A DNA stretch of 42,357 nucleotides from a virus (lineage: Duplodnaviria > Caudoviricetes). The position numbers were made by a program, and so were the translations under genes. Location: the IMG/VR virus record IMGVR_UViG_3300037419_000652, positions 1-42,357 of that record; one strand, 5' to 3'. Below are positions 10,101 to 16,271 of this stretch, one piece after another. How positions within the stretch are numbered: position 1 is the first letter of the stretch; every line of letters starts with the position of its first letter. The notes below the pieces were generated by a model, which saw only the letters and a list, made by a program, of their open reading frames with translations, was not told the origin of the DNA and did no database searches.

Positions 10101-10125
10101 TTCCACGTCTACCTATCCCTGCTGA
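7120..10125 (+). CDS. Tail tip/hub protein with an N-terminal GH5-like glycoside hydrolase and an internal CBM-like domain
   Basis: Follows the tape measure gene; clan GH-A-like motifs 'LNMVRV', 'YSIRGEP', 'DPNHLIT', 'NQEFG', 'FIFWN'; 'VTFWLDSLQIEK' CBM4_9-like; hub-type C-terminus. Confidence 0.75.
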   Translation: MTQLPLGAVYVPPVTNAPPYYLSASPDGNQKLLDAWTGTPTTLYGCTFYLSTQGGSGAWHSGDLGATIDSLLNLAQQDSLNMVRVTDFFNGSDATQVWDDPQVWTNIDYLVSACQLRGMYVLMDVASWGAYMTSQGGTGGNDPTVAANWTAKLQALGAHYINAKNICWYSIRGEPSVPTDATTTTALVNFYDSVTTTLYTADPNHLITAGGLLNMQQNPSLSWWQQIFSLAHNNVCSYKVYSQDDLDYINFIGRYVSALGKPLSNQEFGGEQVLGDSVYSGTPYNNIALSRADYFRQVYRRGWQVTTSSFIFWNLGFQVNPTGFDVSPDISPAAWMVIGEAASGQSPASITIGSATLDDTLYVSGDSLSIDLAINQRSKADFTLLDTLGAQHFDQGEPLIIVDDFNQRLFGGVITDAVETQPAPTDEENGALLRHVLNYADWHYLADKRAFPYSNANVSLQQVIRDMMSQVLLAEGVVAAFGDNYLSPNQSLGADEDLQGFVAINNAVISQDAPMPGALHGSLKVVCSGAQAFQAVEVRIPVGVIPGINGAQITISAYARASSGTPTLRMFVQGASAALGSTTTKTLSTTRTRYTWTATMPNPVTGGFLAIRFDTGTPAQAVTFWLDSLQIEKAGSASAWQLGGEATVQTGPTIQEITSNYSSCAENLDSLSQAADFTWQIDAYKVLWCGAPGQLVAPWSAAMIDMERGSIEVERANQQYRNRQYLLGAHAQTSTQIETRIGDGTNQSFTMSYELATTPTVEVKIGAGSFVAKTVGIGGVDSARDWYWNAGKNIVFQDTAGTKLTSSDTLRVTYVGQFPVVVLSTNDTEIAAQLAREAGVGTGYVDAVASDSTLKTIAGAYQAAGGYLSRYGQLGKKAKFRTLRGGLMPGQLLSVDLPAHDINNAQMLVESVRLAYTGFYFYYDITAVEGPVNQTWPQYFEALATKSGQTVDKINLGSGSNLALLQSFTASKSPSASFTATVNACMFPSATAYPSTSTYPC

Positions 10126-10136
10126 GGAGTTAACCT

Positions 10137-10517
10137 ATGGCGACAGCGACGCTAACTGACGCGGGCCGCAACCTGATACGCGATGCCCGGCTTGGCCTGG
10201 TGAGCGATGTGAAGATCAAGTATGTGGCCATTGGCACGAATAGCACCGCGCCAAGCGCGTCAGACACGCAACTGGGCGCTGAATCATTCCGCAAGGCGCT
10301 GACCGCGCCGAGTGCGCCAGGAACCGGCCAGGGACTCTTCACGCTCTATCTCGCGCCAGGTGACGCCGTGAGTGTAGGCATCCAGGAAGTCGGCTGGTTT
10401 GCGGGCAGCGCCGCCGCTGGCACGGCGAATAGTGGGGTGCTCGTGGCGCGCGGGCTGTATGCACACACCAAGACGGCCAGTGAGTCAATCCAGGTGGATT
10501 TCACCCTGACCGAGTAA
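10137..10517 (+). CDS. Minor tail / tail-collar fibre-like protein
   Basis: 'LTDAGRNL...YVAIGTNSTAPSASDTQL' is a typical tail-collar fibre N-terminal motif. Confidence 0.7.
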   Translation: MATATLTDAGRNLIRDARLGLVSDVKIKYVAIGTNSTAPSASDTQLGAESFRKALTAPSAPGTGQGLFTLYLAPGDAVSVGIQEVGWFAGSAAAGTANSGVLVARGLYAHTKTASESIQVDFTLTE

Positions 10518-10527
10518 GGAGCAAGCC

Positions 10528-11013
10528 ATGCCGATTCCGTATGTGCGCGTGAATAGCCCGACTGGTTGGGTGAATGCGCCAAGCACCGCCACGCCGCAGA
10601 GCGCCGCAAACTTGAACATCATGGATCAGGGCATCGTGGATCTTGACTCCACGCTGAACGCCTCCACCGGCTCAGATGGCGCGAGCCTGCCCGCGACCAA
10701 CGGCCCGTTCACCTTCGCCAACTGGCTCAACTACATCCTGACGCTGATCAAGAACATCACCGGCAAGGCGCATTGGTACACCGCGCCAGTGACCAGTATC
10801 GAGTCGCTCAACACGACAATGGGAACGAAGGCGAACCTGAGCGGCGCCACGTTCACCGGAACCGTCAACGTCAGTTCGGGCAGCCTTCAGCAAGGCGGCA
10901 AGAACGCGCTCTACGCCAATGCGGGTCTCACCGGGAAGATCAGTGCGCAGAGCAGCGCGCCGTCTAGTCCAGCCGATGGCGATCTGTGGATAGACACCTC
11001 GACCGTTCTCTAG
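10528..11013 (+). CDS. Tail fibre protein
   Basis: 'KANLSGATFTG' and 'SSAPSSPADGDLWIDT' fibre motifs. Confidence 0.7.
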   Translation: MPIPYVRVNSPTGWVNAPSTATPQSAANLNIMDQGIVDLDSTLNASTGSDGASLPATNGPFTFANWLNYILTLIKNITGKAHWYTAPVTSIESLNTTMGTKANLSGATFTGTVNVSSGSLQQGGKNALYANAGLTGKISAQSSAPSSPADGDLWIDTSTVL

Positions 11014-11022
11014 GGAGTCAGC

Positions 11023-11646
11023 ATGCCAACCGCAGGCCGCACAACCACATCAGGCAATAACTTTTGGGCACAGAATACGGGATCAAACAACCAGTATGGT
11101 TATGCGATCTCGATGTCAGAAAGCGGCCTGATCGAATACCTGGACGTGTTCATGGCGGGCGCGGCTGGCGGTGGCGGCTGTCGCACGATCCTGTGCCTGT
11201 GGGATAGCTCAGGGAACCTGCTCGCCCAAACAGCGCAGTTCACGGCAGGCGCCGGCGGTGGCGGCGTCAACGGGCAGGCGTTCCAGCGCCAGCCGCTTAT
11301 CACCCCCTACCCCGCGGCGGCAGGAACCTATCACATAGGCTTTTGGCGCAATGCGGCTGATACCGCGGACTTCTCATTCATCAACAGTGGCGGAACGATT
11401 CACCCACAAGCGCCGGGTGGTGGCATTGGCAACGTGGGCAGCCCCGGCGCGCTATCGTTCGCCAACTCCACCACGGGTCAGATGTCCGCCTTTGTCGAGT
11501 ACGTGCGCGGCGGGATCAAGCTCGCATCGGGGGGCGTTTTCAGCAAATACGCGGTGAAGCGGTGGAGTAGCGGTGCAAGCGCATGGCAGCGGCACCCACT
11601 CAAACGATGGAACGCGAGCAACAGTACGTGGGAATGGTTTGCATAG
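11023..11646 (+). CDS. Putative tail fibre tip / receptor-binding protein
   Basis: Gly-rich beta protein at the end of the tail module; 'VKRW...W' C-terminal repeats. Confidence 0.55.
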   Translation: MPTAGRTTTSGNNFWAQNTGSNNQYGYAISMSESGLIEYLDVFMAGAAGGGGCRTILCLWDSSGNLLAQTAQFTAGAGGGGVNGQAFQRQPLITPYPAAAGTYHIGFWRNAADTADFSFINSGGTIHPQAPGGGIGNVGSPGALSFANSTTGQMSAFVEYVRGGIKLASGGVFSKYAVKRWSSGASAWQRHPLKRWNASNSTWEWFA

Positions 11647-11670
11647 GCGTCAACAGCTAGGCGGCGATGT

Positions 11671-12213
11671 ATGGCGACCACGCAAGCGGCGCGAACGAGG
11701 AGTAGAACCCGCATGGCGACGCGCGATGCACAAGAGATAGAGCGGCTGCGTATCGAGCAAGGCCAGCAATTCCTGAAACAGATGCAGGACATGTTTCAGC
11801 AGACGCGTGTGGACCTGGCATCGCAGTTCGTGCCGCGCTCTGAGATGGAACACGTCAATGACGCCGTTGAGCGTGTCGCCAACGCGGTGGAGAAGCTGAC
11901 TGGCAACGTGGGAAGCTTCCACGAGAACGCGCCGCGCATTTTTGCTGACCGCGCCGAGACCAAGCAGGATTTGGCCGAGCTACGCACTGAGATCGAGAAG
12001 CTGAAGTCCGTGCGCGAGGCAGATATGCAGCGCGGCTATGGCTTCCGCATCGAGGATATGCAAGGGCGCTATCAGGGCGACATGCGAACCGAACGCGGCT
12101 GGCGAACGAACGTGCAGCAGCAGAGTACGCAGACGCTTGGCTGGATCATCGGTGGTGGCTTCGTGTTGTTTACCACTGCCGTCAGCATTATTCTGGCGCT
12201 CGCGTTGCGCTAG
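11671..12213 (+). CDS. Coiled-coil protein with C-terminal TM helix (lysis-associated)
   Basis: Coiled-coil then 'LGWIIGGGFVLFTTAVSIILALAL'; directly before the endolysin; start may be 11713. Confidence 0.6.
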   Translation: MATTQAARTRSRTRMATRDAQEIERLRIEQGQQFLKQMQDMFQQTRVDLASQFVPRSEMEHVNDAVERVANAVEKLTGNVGSFHENAPRIFADRAETKQDLAELRTEIEKLKSVREADMQRGYGFRIEDMQGRYQGDMRTERGWRTNVQQQSTQTLGWIIGGGFVLFTTAVSIILALALR

Positions 12214-12236
12214 CAGTCGAAGACACGGAGGTTCGT

Positions 12237-13226
12237 ATGCTTCTTCCCAACGGTCTTTTACCCGGCATTATCTGGGTGGAGAGCGAGTTTGATGGCCAGT
12301 TTGCCACGTGCGGCCCGAACAGTCTGGGCATGGCTGAATCCTATGGCACACAGGTCTACATCGGCGCGCCAGTGGCAGGCAAGACCGCCACGACAGTCAT
12401 CTACAACCGCATGCGCGCCGGAACGTGGATTGATAACGGTGTGCGCAAAGCCCGCGCAGATCCCGGTGGCGCATCGAAGATGGGTGGGCTGGAATCGCAG
12501 GCGCAGGCGGATGGATTCAAGACCGTGCGCTCAGGCGGTTCAGGATGGAAGGCGTTCGCTATCGCGCAGTTGAAGGCCGGCGCGCCAGTCATCATCGAGC
12601 CGTCGCATGGTCAGGTGCTGAAAGATCTGATTACCGGCCAGGGCATGGACGCGACGAACCTCCAGTATCACTACAACCTGATTGTCGGCTACTGGCCCGG
12701 CGGCGTCGTGAATGGTCGCAACCTGCCGGAAGGATTCTGGGTCGCGGATGGCGACAATGGCGCGACCAACCCGATTGTGAATGGCGTTCGCACGCGCGTT
12801 CGCGGTGGCCACAATCTTCAGTTCTACAGCGCCGCCAACTATGCGGCGTCTGCTCCTGTCGCGCTGATGGCGGTCTATCCCAAGGTGCAGATCGGGCTGG
12901 TGCATCCGGCGGGCTTCCCGGGTGGCTGGACGGATGACGGAACCACGCTGAAAGCACCCGGCGGCATGCCGGTGGTCAAAGGCTTCCGCGTCTACCTGCT
13001 GGCGCATCCTGAGTTGGTGAGCGGCCCGCATCTGAGCGACAACTACCCGATTGAGCCTGAGCGCGCGGTGTCTCAGGTGGAAGCGTGGAACACGGCGCAT
13101 GGCGCTGGATCTGTGCAGACGTTCCACCGCATGCGGCTGGCCTGGACGCAAAAAGACGGCGTGTACGTGATGTGGCTTGGCGATGAGGCGCGCTATCTGG
13201 AGCGCGAGAAAGTAGGTGCAGCATAG
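12237..13226 (+). CDS. Endolysin: C39-like cysteine peptidase plus a putative cell-wall-binding repeat
   Basis: 'TCGP', 'YHYNLIVGY', 'FWVAD' Cys-His-Asp pattern; C-terminal 'YPIEPE...VQTFHRMRLAW'; RBS GGAGG. Confidence 0.7.
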   Translation: MLLPNGLLPGIIWVESEFDGQFATCGPNSLGMAESYGTQVYIGAPVAGKTATTVIYNRMRAGTWIDNGVRKARADPGGASKMGGLESQAQADGFKTVRSGGSGWKAFAIAQLKAGAPVIIEPSHGQVLKDLITGQGMDATNLQYHYNLIVGYWPGGVVNGRNLPEGFWVADGDNGATNPIVNGVRTRVRGGHNLQFYSAANYAASAPVALMAVYPKVQIGLVHPAGFPGGWTDDGTTLKAPGGMPVVKGFRVYLLAHPELVSGPHLSDNYPIEPERAVSQVEAWNTAHGAGSVQTFHRMRLAWTQKDGVYVMWLGDEARYLEREKVGAA

Positions 13227-13357
13227 GCCGGCCAGTGGATGATGAGCAGCCGGTGCACATAGCGAGCGGCACACCGGTCTACTATCCAACTCCCAAGCAG
13301 GAGATGTCGCCCGCAGAAGTTATAGAGTTTGTGCAGAGCGCAAACAGGAGGTCTCGC

Positions 13358-13618
13358 ATGGCAGTCCGAGCGAAGTTCTACGTGAGCGAAGTCAAGGTCT
13401 CAAAAAACAACTACGGCGGCCAGAACGGCGAGTTGTTGACGACCATCAAACTTGCGCCGGTGAGTGGCAACAGCGAAGAGAACAAGCAGTTCTACCGCTG
13501 GTCGCCGAGCGGGTCAATTGATCTTGGCACCGTCAATCCTGCCGTTGTGGAACAGTTTCACATCGGCGATGAGTTCTACATCGACTTCACCCCCGCCAAT
13601 CCTGAGCAACACGAGTAG
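13358..13618 (+). CDS. Phage hypothetical protein
   Basis: RBS AGGAGG; 'VRAKF...EENKQF...PSGSI...GDEFYIDF' recalled as a widespread phage family. Confidence 0.75.
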   Translation: MAVRAKFYVSEVKVSKNNYGGQNGELLTTIKLAPVSGNSEENKQFYRWSPSGSIDLGTVNPAVVEQFHIGDEFYIDFTPANPEQHE

Positions 13619-13664
13619 CGTGTTCGCAGAGAGCGCCACCGGGCGCGAAAGGTGGTCATTTCCT

Positions 13665-14054
13665 ATGAATCTGTTTGCAGCGGCGCGAGCTGGCATGCCG
13701 CTCACGCCAGGTCAGCGCACGGTCCTGCGCGCAATCGAAAGCGTGTTACTGGCGGCGCTCGTCTCGTTCATGATTGTCTTGCCGCAACTCACCAACGGGT
13801 TTGATCTGGCGCACACCAACTGGGGCGCAATGGCGGGCGCGTTCGGTGTGGCATTCCTGATGGCGTTGGCGAAGTGGTTCAAAGCCCACGGTGACACGCC
13901 GCTGGCTGATGCGTCCGAGAATGCGGCTGGCGCGCTACGTGAGTTCGCCGACGTGCCCAATGATGTGGTGATCGAGCCGGAACTACCTGCGATGTCCGCT
14001 GATGCGTCTGAGGAGGCCGTGGCGGCACCTGTAGCGACAGAAGCGAGCAACTAG
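13665..14054 (+). CDS. Putative holin
   Basis: Two TM segments and an acidic C-tail; last gene of the lysis cassette; RBS AAAGGTGG. Confidence 0.65.
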   Translation: MNLFAAARAGMPLTPGQRTVLRAIESVLLAALVSFMIVLPQLTNGFDLAHTNWGAMAGAFGVAFLMALAKWFKAHGDTPLADASENAAGALREFADVPNDVVIEPELPAMSADASEEAVAAPVATEASN

Positions 14055-14093
14055 GAGTTCTGCGCCAGAATCGTCTCTTAGAGCGTGTGACGT

Positions 14094-14119
14094 GTGACTG
14101 CTAAAGCCGTCGAAACGTC
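14094..14119 (+). promoter_or_regulatory. Putative ECF-sigma promoter GTGAC-N17-CGTC
   Basis: Third copy of the motif, intergenic, followed by hairpin TTGGATG...CATCCAA. Confidence 0.5.
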
Positions 14120-14159
14120 TGAATAGTTGGATGCTTCGTACACATCCAATTCTCCGCCC

Positions 14160-14195
14160 AAAGCCGCGCTAACTCCCCAGTGGCGTGGCTTTGTG
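14160..14195 (+). terminator. Intrinsic terminator-like hairpin
   Basis: AAAGCCGCGC...GCGTGGCTTT followed by GTG; weak U-tract. Confidence 0.5.
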
Positions 14196-14202
14196 GTATA
14201 CT
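14192..14202 (+). promoter_or_regulatory. Extended -10 promoter TGTGGTATACT
   Basis: Matches TRTGnTATAAT at all but one position. Confidence 0.55.
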
Positions 14203-14234
14203 GAGAGCCTGATGAAGCGCTGGATTATCCAGCC

Positions 14235-14278
14235 AAACGCCCACCAACTTCCGTCTCTGACTGGTGGGCGTTTCTTTG
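14235..14278 (+). terminator. Intrinsic terminator
   Basis: 12-bp perfect stem AAACGCCCACCA/TGGTGGGCGTTT then CTTTG. Confidence 0.7.
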
Positions 14279-14288
14279 TGTTATACTC
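14277..14288 (+). promoter_or_regulatory. Extended -10 promoter TGTGTTATACTC driving the tRNA-like RNAs
   Basis: About 10 nt upstream of the first tRNA-like 5' end; identical 12-mer at 29663-29674. Confidence 0.65.
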
Positions 14289-14297
14289 TAGCTTGCT

Positions 14298-14393
14298 AGG
14301 GATGTCGCGTAACGGTGCGGTTGCTGGGACGCCAGCGACTAAGCGCGAGCGGTCGCGCCGCTTGACTGGGTTCAACTCCCAGCGTCCCTGCCA
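14298..14393 (+). ncRNA. tRNA-like RNA 1 (long variable arm, G73, CCA, no canonical anticodon loop)
   Basis: Acceptor AGGGATG/CGTCCCT, discriminator G, CCA; T-arm CTGGG-TTCAACT-CCCAG; 8-bp stem with a 4-nt loop where the anticodon arm should be. Confidence 0.75.
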
Positions 14394-14394
14394 G

Positions 14395-14511
14395 ACCCTG
14401 GTAGCTCAGAGGTAGAGCGCTCGCGGGCGATGAAGCGGCGAAAGCTGTAAAACCAGCAATGCCGTGGAGCAGTGCGAGAGGTCGCTGGTTCAAATCCAGC
14501 CTAGGGTTCCG
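14395..14511 (+). ncRNA. tRNA-like RNA 2 with a 49-nt structured region replacing the anticodon loop
   Basis: Acceptor ACCCTGG/CTAGGGT; D-arm TA-GCTC-AGAGGTA-GAGC; anticodon stem CTCGC/GCGAG; T-arm GCTGG-TTCAAAT-CCAGC. Confidence 0.8.
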
Positions 14512-14521
14512 ATAGACAATA

Positions 14522-14594
14522 GGGGGATGGCCGTATGGATACAATCATGCGGTGCACAGTCTTTAGAGCGTAGCTCTTCGCCGTAAGCGCCCCC
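14522..14594 (+). ncRNA. Unclassified structured RNA downstream of the tRNA-like pair
   Basis: GGGGG/CCCCC closing stem, ATGG/CCGT stem, hairpins CCGTATG/CATGCGG and AGAGC/GCTCT; same CCGATAGA trailer as RNA 2. Confidence 0.45.
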
Positions 14595-14605
14595 GATAGA
14601 AATTA

Positions 14606-14643
14606 GAATGCCCCAGGATTAACACCCCTGGGGCATTCGCTTT
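14606..14643. terminator. Probable bidirectional terminator
   Basis: 12-bp perfect stem GAATGCCCCAGG/CCTGGGGCATTC between convergent units. Confidence 0.7.
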
Positions 14644-15064
14644 AGCGCGCAGCGATCAGCCCACGTTGCTCTTGCTCGATCTCCGCGATCGTCAGGAAAA
14701 AGCGCTGCATCACCGTATAGGTGCTGACGCTACGGCGTAGCTGCACGGTCATGGTGGCGGCGATCAGGCCGCAGATCGTCTCGACCCGCACTTGGCACAT
14801 ACGGCAGAGCAGCGCCATGGCGGGATGCTGCGTGGTGTGTGGCATCGGCTCAACGCTGTGTGTCGCCAGGCAGAAGGCGCAGGCGCGCTTCGATAGCAGA
14901 TCATCGCGTCGTGGCGCTCCAGGTGGCGGTGTGGTCTCGCGGATAATCCTGTTCCCGCCGATGCGCTGCGGATAGCCTGTAGTGCGTGGCCAGCGCGCCT
15001 GTGTGTAGGGCGCTGCGGTGGGGATCAGCGCCACGTCTACGAAAACTCGTTCTCCCTCTTCCAT
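14642..15064 (-). CDS. Hypothetical Zn-finger protein
   Basis: CAFC...CRMC; own sigma-70 promoter and RBS GAAGGG. Confidence 0.65.
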   Translation of the reverse strand: MEEGERVFVDVALIPTAAPYTQARWPRTTGYPQRIGGNRIIRETTPPPGAPRRDDLLSKRACAFCLATHSVEPMPHTTQHPAMALLCRMCQVRVETICGLIAATMTVQLRRSVSTYTVMQRFFLTIAEIEQEQRGLIAAR

Positions 15065-15106
15065 ACCAGAATCGCCCTTCTAACCGCTTGTGTAGCGGTG
15101 AAGGGC

Positions 15107-15135
15107 AGCATAGAGACGTTGTGATTGGCTGTCAA
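15107..15135 (-). promoter_or_regulatory. Sigma-70 promoter TTGACA-N17-TATGCT
   Basis: Near-consensus match upstream of ATG 15064. Confidence 0.7.
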
Positions 15136-15174
15136 GCGGCAATTTCGTTAAGGATTGTGCGGCGGGATAACAAG

Positions 15175-15483
15175 TTAGTCGTCTTCGCGCGAGACGATAG
15201 CGCAGGCCAGGAGCCAGACGCATCCCGGAATGTGCCTCTCATCAGCGCCACAACACAGACACACGCCTGATGCACGTAACGCGGTCTCGCTAAGAGTTGA
15301 GAGCCAGATCACCACCTGTGACATCTCGGCGTTCATCGCGTGGACATACTGGCGGTTCTCTTCGCAGAGTTGCAGTGACTTGCGCGTGCTCTCTAGCTCG
15401 GCCAAGAGCGCCTTCGCATCATCCTGGGTCGCTGCTTGTTTGCGGACTCGCCTACGAATGGCGGTCAGTTCTTTGCCGTCCAT
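15175..15483 (-). CDS. Hypothetical protein (coiled-coil plus CxxC...HxxxC)
   Basis: ORF with RBS GAGG; 'CLCCG...HIPGC'. Confidence 0.65.
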   Translation of the reverse strand: MDGKELTAIRRRVRKQAATQDDAKALLAELESTRKSLQLCEENRQYVHAMNAEMSQVVIWLSTLSETALRASGVCLCCGADERHIPGCVWLLACAIVSREDD

Positions 15484-15568
15484 GAAAACGCCTCACAATC
15501 CCGATAGGTGGTGTGTATCCATCGGATATTGTGAGGCAAATCAAGCAACCGCGCAAGTGGCAAGATCA

Positions 15569-15766
15569 CTACTCGCCGCGTAGCTTCTCCCACTCGGCTT
15601 CTGTCGCTTCGATCTCATCATAAAGTGACTTCAACGCCGCATGTAGGCGGTCCTTGCGAACCACGTCTAGAAAGGTCATGGCATCGCCAATGATAGTAAC
15701 CGCATACCGTAGCGCCTTCAACCGTGACGCGATGATATATGCCTGCTCTAACGTATCAGCACTCAC
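15569..15766 (-). CDS. Hypothetical protein
   Basis: GTG start overlaps the upstream TGA; RBS GGAGG. Confidence 0.55.
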   Translation of the reverse strand: MSADTLEQAYIIASRLKALRYAVTIIGDAMTFLDVVRKDRLHAALKSLYDEIEATEAEWEKLRGE

Positions 15767-16179
15767 TCGCTCGCCTCCTGCCCCGACTGCTCCAGCGCCG
15801 CGCGGGCTTGCTTCACCCATGCCGCCACTTCATCATTCGTGACGGCAGCCGCATCGTGGGCAATCGGCACGTCCGCCACCGCCTCCACAATCGGCCTGAA
15901 CACCGCCAGTTGCGCGCGCTCACGATCCATCATTTGTTTCCAGCGTTCCCTGGCCTCATGATACTGCGTGCTGAGTTTGTCGAATAACTCACTGCACTGC
16001 GACAATTTCACGCGCAGGTGGTCGTTGTCAGCGAGTAGTAGCGCAACGTCATGATCGTAGTGTACAGGCCAGTCATTGATCGGCGCGCTTGGTGGGTGCG
16101 GCGTCTTGTTCGCCTTGCGCGCCAAACGTAGACGTTCAGTAATCACCGTCAATTGCTCTTCGCTCAGCGGATCGCTCAT
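15763..16179 (-). CDS. Hypothetical coiled-coil protein
   Basis: ORF with RBS GAGG, coupled to the next gene. Confidence 0.65.
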   Translation of the reverse strand: MSDPLSEEQLTVITERLRLARKANKTPHPPSAPINDWPVHYDHDVALLLADNDHLRVKLSQCSELFDKLSTQYHEARERWKQMMDRERAQLAVFRPIVEAVADVPIAHDAAAVTNDEVAAWVKQARAALEQSGQEASE

Positions 16180-16271
16180 TCTCGCGCCTCACTCTCACGA
16201 ACGCGGACGGCCTGACTGGCCTGATGCCAGATGAAACCGCCCGCTGATTGCCTACAGTATACGACGTGTGG

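Noticed and set aside
14203-14278. Hammerhead ribozyme (CTGATGA...stem...AAAC...GT)
   Set aside because: The catalytic G of GAAA is absent (CAAAC) and stem I cannot form convincingly; the long stem is better explained as a terminator
14395-14511. Ordinary tRNA with a group I or archaeal BHB intron
   Set aside because: The insert is too short for group I, no bulge-helix-bulge is evident, and excision at 37/38 would leave G32-G33 with no U33
14298-14511. tmRNA or tRNA-Sec
   Set aside because: No G3-U70 pair or tag ORF; no UCA anticodon or 8/5 fold
14512-14600. tRNA-associated HDV-like (theta) ribozyme
   Set aside because: The partner of the 5' G-run is at the extreme 3' end, which does not fit the HDV double-pseudoknot order
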